Below are positions 10,026-19,880 of a DNA stretch of 64,000 nucleotides, in pieces (the first letter of the stretch is position 1; each line of letters begins with the position of its first letter). The translations under genes and the position numbers were made by a program. This DNA is from Thermoplasmata archaeon (GTDB lineage: Archaea; Thermoplasmatota; Thermoplasmata; GCA-020350865). Where the stretch lies: assembly GCA_020348445.1 (NCBI GenBank), contig CP070751.1, forward strand, positions 279,672-343,671. The letters run 5' to 3'. The notes under the pieces were generated by a model. The model was not told where the DNA came from and did no database searches. It was given only the letters and a program-made list of their open reading frames with translations.

Positions 10026-10976
10026 CTAGATTGGATGAGAAAACATTCTCTCGAAGAATCCGAACCAGATTCCCACCATATGTGCCAATTGTTTAAATGT
10101 GTGAATAACTGAAAAAGTCAACACGCTAATTTTTAGTGTATTTTGTGGTATTTTCATTCCAATGTTTACATATGAGAAAAACAAAGTAAACAACTGAAGA
10201 AAGGCGATATAAGCCACAATTGGAATTATAAAGGACAATCCTATCAGGACGCAAAATAAAGGAATATAAAACACTTTAATATAGAACATGATGCCAATCA
10301 TCCTCCTGTGCTTCAAATATGAAAGAGGATAACTTTTTCCATAGGTGAACCATTTTTTAAAGATTCCTTTTAATGTGCTTGGATTATGATGGTATATATA
10401 TAAACTGTCATCGTAAAGGATTTTGTATCCTTTTCCAATGATTCTAAATCCCAATTCTGTATCTTGTCCTCTAACAAAATCTTCATCAAATTTTATCTCA
10501 TCAAGTATCCTTCTAATAAACATGATCCCAGAGGCGTTTAATACCTTAACGTAAGCCCGTTTTACAATGCTGGGTGTTCCATAAGAAAGAGCATCCAAAG
10601 CCCTCCCAACATTACTCTTTTTCATACTTCGTAACGGGCCCCTTGCACATACTACATTTTCATCTGTTTCCTTTAATGCCTGGATAGCCCGTAAAGCCCA
10701 GTCTTTTGGAAGATATGCATCTGCATCAACAAAGGCAATATAATTTCCCCTGGCAACTGTCAATCCTCGATTCCTAGCAGCGCCAGCCCCTTTTTTCTTT
10801 TCTAAAAGAATTTTTACTGGAAATTTTTCAATGACAGACCGTGTGTTATCTGTGGAACAGTTATCTACCACTATGACTTCCTTTTTACAGGATTGTGCCA
10901 ATATTGATTCAAGGCTTTTACCTATGGTTTTTTCATTGTTGTAGGCAGGAACAATAAAGGATACCAGATCTTCCAT
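10026..10976 (-). CDS. GT2 family glycosyltransferase with C-terminal membrane helices
   Basis: VSFIVPAYN, VVDNCSTD, GAGAARNRG, AFVDAD (DxD), GQD, hydrophobic C-terminus. Confidence 0.9.
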   Translation of the reverse strand: MEDLVSFIVPAYNNEKTIGKSLESILAQSCKKEVIVVDNCSTDNTRSVIEKFPVKILLEKKKGAGAARNRGLTVARGNYIAFVDADAYLPKDWALRAIQALKETDENVVCARGPLRSMKKSNVGRALDALSYGTPSIVKRAYVKVLNASGIMFIRRILDEIKFDEDFVRGQDTELGFRIIGKGYKILYDDSLYIYHHNPSTLKGIFKKWFTYGKSYPLSYLKHRRMIGIMFYIKVFYIPLFCVLIGLSFIIPIVAYIAFLQLFTLFFSYVNIGMKIPQNTLKISVLTFSVIHTFKQLAHMVGIWFGFFERMFSHPI

Positions 10977-10986
10977 TATTTTTCAC

Positions 10987-12195
10987 CTAAATATTTTCGT
11001 ATAGGGTTTGCAATCTGATTTTCATGACATCCCAGTTATGCTCTTCATATACCTTGCGGGCCTGATTTACAAACGTTTTTGCCTCATCCTTATTGTGATA
11101 AATCCATTTTATCTTTTCAGCCAATTCCTTGTGGTTCTGTGACTCGTAATATATTGCACCATCTTCGCCCAAAAGGGTGTAAATTCCCTTTAACCTGCAC
11201 GAAATTATGGGAATATCTGCCATGGAGTACTCAAAAACCTTATTTGGCATGGCAAGTTCGGTCATTGGGTTTTTTACATAAGATACAACTCCAAAATCGG
11301 CCAGTTCCATGTAACTTGCCACATCTTCGCCAGGGAGCTGCCCGCCAAAGTACACATTTTCAAAAATACCCAGGTCTTGAGCCAAGCTCTTCAGTTCATT
11401 TACGTATTTTTCACCCTGTCCATATATATGACCAAAGACTATGAAAAATATATTTGGGATATCCTTTTTCACAATTGACATAGCTTTAAGGATAACCTCT
11501 AAATTTCTCTCGTAATTTATACCACCCACATAAACGGTAATGAATTTGGAATCTAGCTGGAATTTTTCCAAAAAATCTGTTAAATCTTTCTTTACAAAAA
11601 GCTTTTCATTAGGGGTATTCATTATCACTGTGATTTTCTCTTTTGGAATCCCGCGGTTTACTAGAACATCCTTTCTCACATCATTTACAGTGATGACATA
11701 ATTTGCAAATCCGGAACTAATTTTTTCTAAGAAACACACAAATTTCACAAACCGTGAGTCCATTCTCTTGTTGAATCGTGCGGCATATATCTCTGGCATG
11801 ACCTCATGAAGATCCAATACGATTTTCTTACCTTTGAACTTTTGAATTACGGCAACAAACACGAGAAAGTCGGGTAAAGAATGTACATGAACAACATCGA
11901 ATTTCTTTTTCCTATCCAATGAATTCAATTTCATGAACACCTGAAAGAAGAAAGATAGATAATGATAGAAATATCTTAAGTAGCCCCCTCTTTTATGGGT
12001 CAAAGAGACCCGGTGAATCCCAACACCTTTGAACGAATCAGATTTCTTGTCCCCTTCCTCTTTTAAGCAGATCACATCGACTGAATGGTCTTTCTCCAAT
12101 AGAGCTTCTGCAGCACGCCTAACCCTGGGGTCAAAGGGATAGAATGAATAGACAGGCATGCAAACAGACTTTTTTGGGGACCTATTTTTTACCAT
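10987..12195 (-). CDS. GT4 family glycosyltransferase
   Basis: VCMPVYSFYPFDPRVRR, HVHSLPD, LDLHE, PNKVFEY. Start trimmed to MVKNR at 12195 (GGAGG upstream). Confidence 0.85.
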   Translation of the reverse strand: MVKNRSPKKSVCMPVYSFYPFDPRVRRAAEALLEKDHSVDVICLKEEGDKKSDSFKGVGIHRVSLTHKRGGYLRYFYHYLSFFFQVFMKLNSLDRKKKFDVVHVHSLPDFLVFVAVIQKFKGKKIVLDLHEVMPEIYAARFNKRMDSRFVKFVCFLEKISSGFANYVITVNDVRKDVLVNRGIPKEKITVIMNTPNEKLFVKKDLTDFLEKFQLDSKFITVYVGGINYERNLEVILKAMSIVKKDIPNIFFIVFGHIYGQGEKYVNELKSLAQDLGIFENVYFGGQLPGEDVASYMELADFGVVSYVKNPMTELAMPNKVFEYSMADIPIISCRLKGIYTLLGEDGAIYYESQNHKELAEKIKWIYHNKDEAKTFVNQARKVYEEHNWDVMKIRLQTLYENI

Positions 12196-13015
12196 GATAT
12201 TTTTCGCCCTCCAGAATATCTTGGAATAAGATGAATCTGCTTTTACTATCAACATAATCCAGGAACTTTTCTAAACATGATAGCGCTTTTACTCCTCGAT
12301 TTCTTTTATGCCTTTTGGGCAATCCCTCCCAAAGACGAATCTCATCCATTTCCATTACTTCCCATGGATGCATATAGAATACCACTGGATCAAAGAAATG
12401 AGAAGACATGTTAAAGAGGTAATTAACCTCTTTTGCTCCAAAGGTTCTTAATGCGGACATGGTAAGGGGAACAACAAAGGCGGAAATTGGAACCTCCAGT
12501 ATTTTTGAGTCACCTTTTTTGAAAAGGTTGTTTTTGGATGGGTGGTATGGCTTTCTTGCAGCAAAAAACGCCCTTAAATTGTTACCCACACCCATTCCAA
12601 AATCGAACCGCATTGAGGTAACAGAACTGTCACTTTCGTATCCAAGTTCCTCCAAAACATTGATGGTAATATGATTGGCCTTGGCAAAGGGAGCCCGAAA
12701 GACCTTTACATCCTGACCCGTAATATTCATTAATATCTCCGAGCTTTTGATGATCCTTTTCTTTTGTTCATGGGCTTTCATATCCACGAAATTCTCTGAG
12801 GTATCAAGTCCATGGGAATACCCGTGGCAACCAATTTCATGTCCCTCTAAATGTATTTTCTTGATGATATCTTCATTTTCTTCGGCAAATTTACCTGCGA
12901 CAAAGAAAACTGCCTTAAGCCCCCTCTTATCAAATATATTTAAAAACCTCTCTATTCCGACTTCACTTCCAGGAAAGTGGTCCACATCAACAGATATAAT
13001 CGTGCTTATAGTCAT
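12182..13015 (-). CDS. Polysaccharide deacetylase (CE4/NodB) family protein
   Basis: SVDVD, GHEIGCHGYSH, FRAP, YMHPWE. Start trimmed to MTIS. Confidence 0.85.
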   Translation of the reverse strand: MTISTIISVDVDHFPGSEVGIERFLNIFDKRGLKAVFFVAGKFAEENEDIIKKIHLEGHEIGCHGYSHGLDTSENFVDMKAHEQKKRIIKSSEILMNITGQDVKVFRAPFAKANHITINVLEELGYESDSSVTSMRFDFGMGVGNNLRAFFAARKPYHPSKNNLFKKGDSKILEVPISAFVVPLTMSALRTFGAKEVNYLFNMSSHFFDPVVFYMHPWEVMEMDEIRLWEGLPKRHKRNRGVKALSCLEKFLDYVDSKSRFILFQDILEGEKYHGKK

Positions 13016-13071
13016 TTTAGCCGATCCTTTTCTGAGCAGTTTGGGGAAAGATCCCATCAATTACCCATGAA

Positions 13072-14151
13072 TTATACGACATCAGTATCTCCCCAGGTAA
13101 TGAACCAATTGGCAGGCTCCTTTACAAATTCCAAGTTCAACTCCTCTGACAGGGGATAGATGATAAAGGGCTCCTCTTTTGGATTTAAATTCTTAGGACA
13201 GGTTATAAAACCGCATTTTTTTAATATTTTGTAATAGTCACTAGATTTTGGAATTGAACATGCCATAAGATCAACTCCCTCTTGTTGCAAATCCTCCATC
13301 GCCTTGAGTATTAATGCATGGACCGCTTCCTTTTGATTTGGTGAGGCTAGTAAGTCTACTATGGCACCATTATTAAGACCAAATTTTTCCAAAATCCTCA
13401 CAACCACCCAAGCAAGCAGTATATTATCTTTCTCGGCCACAAAAATCTTATAATGTTTTTCAGGGCATTGAGTATATCTCCAATTCAAATAGGTACTATC
13501 ACGCCTTAGGATTATGTCATGGGCTGCTTGAGCCTCTTTCCAGAGATCATCAGTTCTTGAATCAAATTGGGTTATCGTTTTAATAACCATATCATCATAA
13601 TGCGGTCTTTTTGGTCTATAAAATACCTTGAATGCAGCTCTTCCTGCCAAATTCGCAAAAAAAACCAATATCCTGTTTGAAAACATTTTTTGGGAAACTT
13701 TTTTAAAATCCACAGGCCTGATCATTACATGCAATGAAAAAATCTCAAAGCATTTAAGTTTCCTGTGACCTGGCAGAGCATTTTCATTTGGAAATCCGTA
13801 CACAATATCGATACCCTCTTTTTTGGACTCAGACAACATCTTTTGCCCCAGGGTTACGAATATGCCCTGTCGTCCATATTTTGGGTGAGTCACCCCTTCT
13901 ACTTCTAAAGAGGCCAATATTTCCGATTCATGGATCTTAATTTTCCTTTTTAAGGATGCAAGGTGGCCAACAATGTTGGATTCGTCTACCGCTAAGAGTA
14001 TCTTAGACCCTTCGGGATTACCTTTAAATTCCCAATACCAATACGATAAGCTCCTGTTGATTTTATATACAAAATTTAACAACGTATTGATCTTATCTTC
14101 GTCCCCGTCCTCATAATTCCTTATTAACCAGTTCTTATTCATTAATTGCAA
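13072..14151 (-). CDS. GNAT family acyltransferase (tandem GNAT fold)
   Basis: THPKYGRQGIF acetyl-CoA loop, YGFPN, RDSTYLNWRY, TWGDTD tail, typical of glycan-locus GNATs. Confidence 0.75.
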   Translation of the reverse strand: MQLMNKNWLIRNYEDGDEDKINTLLNFVYKINRSLSYWYWEFKGNPEGSKILLAVDESNIVGHLASLKRKIKIHESEILASLEVEGVTHPKYGRQGIFVTLGQKMLSESKKEGIDIVYGFPNENALPGHRKLKCFEIFSLHVMIRPVDFKKVSQKMFSNRILVFFANLAGRAAFKVFYRPKRPHYDDMVIKTITQFDSRTDDLWKEAQAAHDIILRRDSTYLNWRYTQCPEKHYKIFVAEKDNILLAWVVVRILEKFGLNNGAIVDLLASPNQKEAVHALILKAMEDLQQEGVDLMACSIPKSSDYYKILKKCGFITCPKNLNPKEEPFIIYPLSEELNLEFVKEPANWFITWGDTDVV

Positions 14152-14475
14152 CTCCGAATTCGAAATTCATTCTAAATTTCTATGGATTCCACAATCGAAT
14201 TAATTTTCAAATTCACAAGCAATCTCATCGAATAGAATTGATATGATATTTTGATGGTATTTTAGTTTTTCCTTCTTTATTTTATTTTAGGAACCTATAT
14301 TCTATATCATTTTCTTGGCTTTTAGCCTAATGATCCTTATTATCCTATTTGATATTCAATTCATTATAAAAGGAAAAGTTTATAAGCGCATGATTGTAAT
14401 TTGAGTTATTTAATTATTGTAAATTTGAGGATTGCACTGGTTAATAATCACAATCGATGGTATAGCGGGATATTG

Positions 14476-15225
14476 ATGATGAAAAAATCAACCAAATCGA
14501 TCTCTGCCAATAGATTTGATGAAGCGCAAGAGGCAGAACAAAATTATTGGCGGCGTAGGGAAGAAGAGATCATATCAGATAAATTTCGACGACAAAAACG
14601 ACATGAAGCCCTTACAATTCTAAATGAGTTACGAGAAGTAACTGGTAATGGGCATTTAAAGAACGTACTCGAGATAGGTGGAGCAGGGGACCCCATCCTC
14701 GAATATTATTATGCAGGTCATGGTGTTGTGTTAGATCCTCTCGCCAAATTCTTTAAGACCGAGCTTTTCCCGATGCAATTGAAATCAGTAGAATATTATT
14801 GCGGTATAGGTGAACATTTGCCCTTTAAATCCAACTCATTTGATGGTGTGTTATTATACAATTGCATTGATCATGGCCTCGCCCCTTTTGATATACTTAG
14901 TGAAAGTAAAAGGGTGCTTCGGCGTGGAGGGGCTTTGCACTTACTGGTTGACACCTACTCTTTGATCTCTAATACATATCGAATGATGGTGGAGCAGGTT
15001 CTCCCCATGCGAAGAGTCGACGAGCATCCTCATGGCCTGAGATTCAATGTAATAGAAAAATACCTCAAAGATATAGGATTTGTTGAGGTTATCAGTGGTC
15101 ATGATGAGCATCCGTATTCCCAAAATCTGAATAAACCTCCGGTATCTACAAAAAGATTCATAAAAGACATGGTTCGTTGTCATCGCAAATTAAGGGCATT
15201 CTACAGACTGGAAGATATGAATTAA
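14476..15225 (+). CDS. Class I SAM-dependent methyltransferase
   Basis: VLEIGGAG, GEHLPFKSNSFD, RVLRRGG. Start trimmed from 14401. Confidence 0.75.
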   Translation: MMKKSTKSISANRFDEAQEAEQNYWRRREEEIISDKFRRQKRHEALTILNELREVTGNGHLKNVLEIGGAGDPILEYYYAGHGVVLDPLAKFFKTELFPMQLKSVEYYCGIGEHLPFKSNSFDGVLLYNCIDHGLAPFDILSESKRVLRRGGALHLLVDTYSLISNTYRMMVEQVLPMRRVDEHPHGLRFNVIEKYLKDIGFVEVISGHDEHPYSQNLNKPPVSTKRFIKDMVRCHRKLRAFYRLEDMN

Positions 15226-15341
15226 ATGGAGTATGTTCCGAAAATGAGTCATTCAACCTATACCAAAAGCCAATGACCTGATATTTTAAACAAATCATTT
15301 CACAGGATAATCTATAAATATCAAAATAATAATGCGAAAGC

Positions 15342-16319
15342 ATGGATAGTTTTACCATACAGGTATCCTTTTTATCTGGTTTAATCGCTCTTGTCACCAG
15401 TATTATCATCACGAAAAAATTGATTCCGATTTTGAGAAAACAAAAAATCTTAAGTCCTGATATGAACAAGAAAGACAGGCCTTTAATACCAGAGATGGGG
15501 GGTATCGGTGTAATCTTTGCATTTTTTCTTGCAATGAATTTTTCTCTTTTTTGGATCTCAACATTGGATTCTCGGCTTTTGGCAATGGTATTATTCACCA
15601 TTATGGGAGTTGCTTTTGTGGGTATAATGGACGATTTACTGGACCTCCATCAACTTACAAAGACGGTTTTACCTTTTGTTATTGCCATACCTTTGGGTAT
15701 CTATTTACATGATGAAGCCCTCACACTACCTTTATTTGGCAGTGTTTCTATGGGATTTTGGATGGTTATTTTGATACCCTTGGGTATAACCACGGCAACA
15801 AATCTTACAAACATCTTGGAGGGATTCAACGGTCTGGGAGCGGGATTGGGTATTATCATGACCACAACGCTCATAATCATCTCGTTCGTTACTGAAAAAT
15901 TAGACGGATTATTCCTGTTAATACCACTTCTTGGGGCGTTAATTGGTTTTTATTATTACAATAGATTTCCAAGCAAGATCTTCCCAGGAGATACGCTTTT
16001 ATTCTTTCAAGGAGCAACAATAGGTTGTGCTGCCATTATTGGAAATCTAAAAACAATAGCGGCAATACTTTTTTTACCGTTGTTGGTGGAATTTATACTG
16101 AAGGCCAGGGGGAAATTTCCCGCAGAAAATCATGGGATTATTAAAGATGACGGTACCTTAACTTATGATGGAAAGGTACATTCCCTAAGTCATTTATTAA
16201 TGAAATATTTCAAGGTAACGGAAAAACAACTGGTAACTATACTTTGGATGGTGGAGGCTATATTGTGTGTGGTAATGATATCAATAACATACTGGCTGGG
16301 ACCAGAGTATGCATGGTAG
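15342..16319 (+). CDS. MraY/WecA/AglH-like polyprenyl-phosphate HexNAc-1-phosphate transferase, copy 1
   Basis: PEMGG, GIMDD, NILEGFNGL, IFPGD, about 10 hydrophobic segments. Confidence 0.85.
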   Translation: MDSFTIQVSFLSGLIALVTSIIITKKLIPILRKQKILSPDMNKKDRPLIPEMGGIGVIFAFFLAMNFSLFWISTLDSRLLAMVLFTIMGVAFVGIMDDLLDLHQLTKTVLPFVIAIPLGIYLHDEALTLPLFGSVSMGFWMVILIPLGITTATNLTNILEGFNGLGAGLGIIMTTTLIIISFVTEKLDGLFLLIPLLGALIGFYYYNRFPSKIFPGDTLLFFQGATIGCAAIIGNLKTIAAILFLPLLVEFILKARGKFPAENHGIIKDDGTLTYDGKVHSLSHLLMKYFKVTEKQLVTILWMVEAILCVVMISITYWLGPEYAW

Positions 16320-17497
16320 TATATTCCTATTATCCTATGGATCAGAGGGTTAGAAGGGAAGCAGAGAGTCTCAGCAAAAGCGGAGCCATCATTCATGTGA
16401 TTTGTTTGAGAAATGAGAATGAAACTAAATTTGGAATTTACAATAATATTCATGTTTATAGGGTTCCTCTTGGGTTAAGAAGAAACGTTGGGTTTTTACA
16501 ATATTTCTTCAGATATTTAATATTTCTAATCTTATCAACATCCGCTCTTGTTAGATTGTTTGCCAAACATAAATATAAAGTTGTACATGTCCACTCTATT
16601 CCAGATTATCTCGTGTTTTGTGCAGTCGTTCCAAAATTATTTAAAGTAAAGATCATCTTAGACCTTCACGAGCTCATGCCTGAAATTTTTGCTACGAAGT
16701 TCGATATTTCCATGGACTCAAAAAGGGTAGGCCTTGTAAAATTTTTGGAAAGGACAAGCGTCCGTTTTTCAGATTTTATAATCACAACAAGTCAAATAAG
16801 AAAAAAGACACTCTCACTAAGAACACAAAAGAAGGATATTGCCATTATCATGAACCTTCCTCAAAAAGATTTCTTTAAAACTCGTGACATGAGGGATTTT
16901 ATCGAGAAAAATGGCCTAAGAGAATCATTTATTATTATTTACGTGGGCGGTTTATATCCAGAAAGGGAATTGGATGTTGTTATTAAAGCCATGAAATATA
17001 TTGAAGTAAAAATCCCGAACATTAAGTTCGTCATCTGCGGTACGGGAGGAGATGAATATGTTGCTTCATTGCATGATCTTATAAAAGATTTAAATCTTGA
17101 AAAGAAGGTATTGTTCGTGGGATATGTCCCTCAGGATGATGTTTTAAATTATATCGATTTATCAGATGTTGCAATTTGCCCATATAGATTTTATCCAAAG
17201 CTAGGAGATGTTTTGGACGGGGTCAGTTCTACAAAAGTATTTGAATATCTCCTAGTTCCGAAACCTGTTATTGTATCCAATACGTCTGCAACAAATGAAG
17301 AATTCAAAGATTTGGTATCTTTTTATGAAAGTGGTGATCACAAGAATTTAGGAGATAGATTATATGAAGTGTATAAAAACGGAGATGAATTCAATAAAAT
17401 GGCAAAGAAGGCACAGGAGGTATTATTTAAAAGATATGATCCTGAGAAGAATGAACAAAAATTCTTAGAAATTTACAAGAACCTAATTACAAGATGA
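16244..17497 (+). CDS. GT4 family glycosyltransferase
   Basis: VCMVVYSYYPMDQRVRR, HVHSIPD, LDLHE, STKVFEY. Start uncertain (TTG 16244, GTG 16265 or ATG 16313), overlapping the end of the upstream gene. Confidence 0.85.
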   Translation: MDGGGYIVCGNDINNILAGTRVCMVVYSYYPMDQRVRREAESLSKSGAIIHVICLRNENETKFGIYNNIHVYRVPLGLRRNVGFLQYFFRYLIFLILSTSALVRLFAKHKYKVVHVHSIPDYLVFCAVVPKLFKVKIILDLHELMPEIFATKFDISMDSKRVGLVKFLERTSVRFSDFIITTSQIRKKTLSLRTQKKDIAIIMNLPQKDFFKTRDMRDFIEKNGLRESFIIIYVGGLYPERELDVVIKAMKYIEVKIPNIKFVICGTGGDEYVASLHDLIKDLNLEKKVLFVGYVPQDDVLNYIDLSDVAICPYRFYPKLGDVLDGVSSTKVFEYLLVPKPVIVSNTSATNEEFKDLVSFYESGDHKNLGDRLYEVYKNGDEFNKMAKKAQEVLFKRYDPEKNEQKFLEIYKNLITR

Positions 17498-17513
17498 GAA
17501 AGGTGCAAGCGTC

Positions 17514-18167
17514 ATGAACAAAGAAAAACAGCAATCAGATTTTTGGGATGATTACAGCGAAGATTTCGATGCTATCTATTCACATGAAAAATCTAAATTT
17601 AACAATCTATTGGATAAGGTATTTCGGCAGGATATGTACGAGCGTTTTCAATTTACTATTGAAGAATCCCAGCCCATAAGTGATAGAACCATTCTTGATG
17701 TGGGGTGTGGCCCTGGTTACTATTCCCTGGCCTATGCAAGGCAAGGAGCAAAGAAGGTCATTGGTATCGATTATTCTGAGAAAATGATTAGATTAGCCAA
17801 TGAACGTATGAAGAAGGAAAATCTGGGTGGCAATTGTCAGTTTCTAGTCGAAGATATAAAGGATTACAATCCAGATTTAAAGTTCGACATTTCAGTGGCC
17901 ATCGGGTTGTTTGACTATATTAAGGATCCTTTACCATATTTAATTAAAATGCGGGAGTTAACAAATGAAAAAATAATTCTTACATTTCCAAGGTTGTATA
18001 CCTGGCGTGTCCCTATAAGAAAAATCAGGCTAATGATAAAGAAATTGGATGTATATTTCTATTCAAAAGGTAGGTTGAAGATATTATTAGAATCTGCAGG
18101 CCTTAAAAAATACAAAATTGTTGACATAGGCAAATTGCACTGTGTAGTTGTTTTCATAGATAAATGA
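17514..18167 (+). CDS. Class I SAM-dependent methyltransferase
   Basis: ILDVGCGPG, IGIDYS. Confidence 0.85.
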   Translation: MNKEKQQSDFWDDYSEDFDAIYSHEKSKFNNLLDKVFRQDMYERFQFTIEESQPISDRTILDVGCGPGYYSLAYARQGAKKVIGIDYSEKMIRLANERMKKENLGGNCQFLVEDIKDYNPDLKFDISVAIGLFDYIKDPLPYLIKMRELTNEKIILTFPRLYTWRVPIRKIRLMIKKLDVYFYSKGRLKILLESAGLKKYKIVDIGKLHCVVVFIDK

Positions 18168-18226
18168 TATTTTTATCAAAAGAAATTATTAACTAAACAA
18201 TTAAATATCACTAAAACCTACCAACG

Positions 18227-19216
18227 GTGAAGCAAATGCTCAATGTTGGCGTGATTGGCATAGGCATGATGGGTCAAAACCATGCAAGGGTATATTCTGA
18301 GATAGCAAATTTGGTGGGTCTTGCTGATCAGAACGAGAAGGTACTAAGACGGTTTTCTAAGAGGTTCAAAGTTAGAGGATATGAAGATTACAATGAATTA
18401 CTTGAAAGTCCAGATTTGGACGCAGTAAGTGTTTGCACTCCCACCACAACCCATTTTAAGATAGTAAATGATGCCATCTCAGCCAAAAAACATGTTCTAG
18501 TTGAAAAGCCCATGGGTGGTGAATTGGAAAAGGCAAATAAGCTCGTTGCCAATGCTAAAAAAAAGGGCGTGGTTCTGGCTGTGGGTTATATCGAGAGATA
18601 CAATCCAATCGTGGGATTCACCAAGAGCCTGATTGAAAAGGGGCAGTTCGGTGATGTGATATCGATTTCCTCAAGAAGGGTCAGCTCGTTCCCTTCGAGA
18701 ATCAAGGATGTGGGTGTTATTTTAGATTTAGGCATACATGATATTGATGTGATCAGGTATCTATTAGGTTCCAAAGTCAAAAGTGTTTATTCCCTGGCAG
18801 GCAAACCCAATGAGGCCGAATTCGAGGATCATGCCAACATACTTCTCGAATTCGAAAACGAGGTACTTGCCCATGTGGAGGTAAATTGGCTCACACCCAT
18901 GAAGGTAAGACGCGTTTCGTTAACATGCTCCAAGAACTTCGTAGAGATGGATTACATCAACCAGATCCTGCAGGTTTCCTCATCCACAATAAAGAAAATC
19001 GACTACGGCAACCTTTACAGGATTCCCCAGGAGTACTCAGAAAGAAAAATCCAAATAGAGAGAAGCGAACCCTTAAAAAATGAGCTTACAGATTTCTTAA
19101 GTGCAATAGAATTTGATAGGGAGCCCCTGGTATCGGGAGAGGAAGGGGTTGAGACCTTAAAAATCGCCCATGCAGCCATAAGATCATCGGTAAGCGGTAA
19201 AAAAGTCACAATCTAA
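18227..19216 (+). CDS. Gfo/Idh/MocA oxidoreductase, probable UDP-HexNAc(A) 3-dehydrogenase (WbpB-like)
   Basis: GVIGIGMMG, HVLVEKP, DLGIHDID. Glycan-cluster context. Confidence 0.8.
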   Translation: MKQMLNVGVIGIGMMGQNHARVYSEIANLVGLADQNEKVLRRFSKRFKVRGYEDYNELLESPDLDAVSVCTPTTTHFKIVNDAISAKKHVLVEKPMGGELEKANKLVANAKKKGVVLAVGYIERYNPIVGFTKSLIEKGQFGDVISISSRRVSSFPSRIKDVGVILDLGIHDIDVIRYLLGSKVKSVYSLAGKPNEAEFEDHANILLEFENEVLAHVEVNWLTPMKVRRVSLTCSKNFVEMDYINQILQVSSSTIKKIDYGNLYRIPQEYSERKIQIERSEPLKNELTDFLSAIEFDREPLVSGEEGVETLKIAHAAIRSSVSGKKVTI

Positions 19217-19315
19217 TTTCTTTTATCTAAATACTGTGCAAAGACCAGCATCAGGCAAATATAAAAATAGTTTTATTGCAATGTGGTTTGATAAGAGGTA
19301 AAGGAGGTAAATAAC

Positions 19316-19873
19316 ATGGCTGGAGTGAAAATAAAAACCATAAATGCTCAAAAACTGGCTTATCTTGAACATACAGGAGATTACAGCAGTATACCCTATG
19401 GCCAGTACTTTGATAAGCTTTATGCATGGGCAAAGGAAAAGAAAGTTCGTCCAGGATTCAAACCTCTGGGTATATTCCATGATAATCCTGAAAAAACGCC
19501 ACCCGAGCAGTGCAGAAGCGAGATCGCTATTCCCATTATTGGGGATGCAGAGTCTGATGAAGAAATAAAAGTTAAGGAGCTTCCGGAAATGGAGGTTGCG
19601 GTAATCAAGCACAAGGGTTCCTCTGAGGAGTACCAGAACACCTACAAAACCTTGGGAGAATGGATAATCCAAAACGGTTATGAATGGGCAGGACCCTGCA
19701 TGGAGGTGTACACAAAGAAGCCCAAGGTGAAAGGCGAGCAAACCATCATGTACGCCACGATTCAGGCCCCAGTTAAGAAAAAAGAGCCATTGCTTAGGAA
19801 ATTGGCGGACAAGGAAGAATCAACAGAATCAAAAACCGAGGAATCAGAAGACGAGCCAAAGGACGAGGAATAA
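19316..19873 (+). CDS. GyrI-like small-molecule-binding domain protein with acidic tail
   Basis: GIFHDNPEKTPPEQCRSEIAIPI, HKGSSEEY...W...GY...E.Y. Confidence 0.8.
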   Translation: MAGVKIKTINAQKLAYLEHTGDYSSIPYGQYFDKLYAWAKEKKVRPGFKPLGIFHDNPEKTPPEQCRSEIAIPIIGDAESDEEIKVKELPEMEVAVIKHKGSSEEYQNTYKTLGEWIIQNGYEWAGPCMEVYTKKPKVKGEQTIMYATIQAPVKKKEPLLRKLADKEESTESKTEESEDEPKDEE

Positions 19874-19880
19874 AAGGTTA

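Noticed and set aside
19223-19741. 172-aa minus-strand ORF
   Set aside because: Antisense to the GyrI-like gene, which has clear family motifs and an SD.
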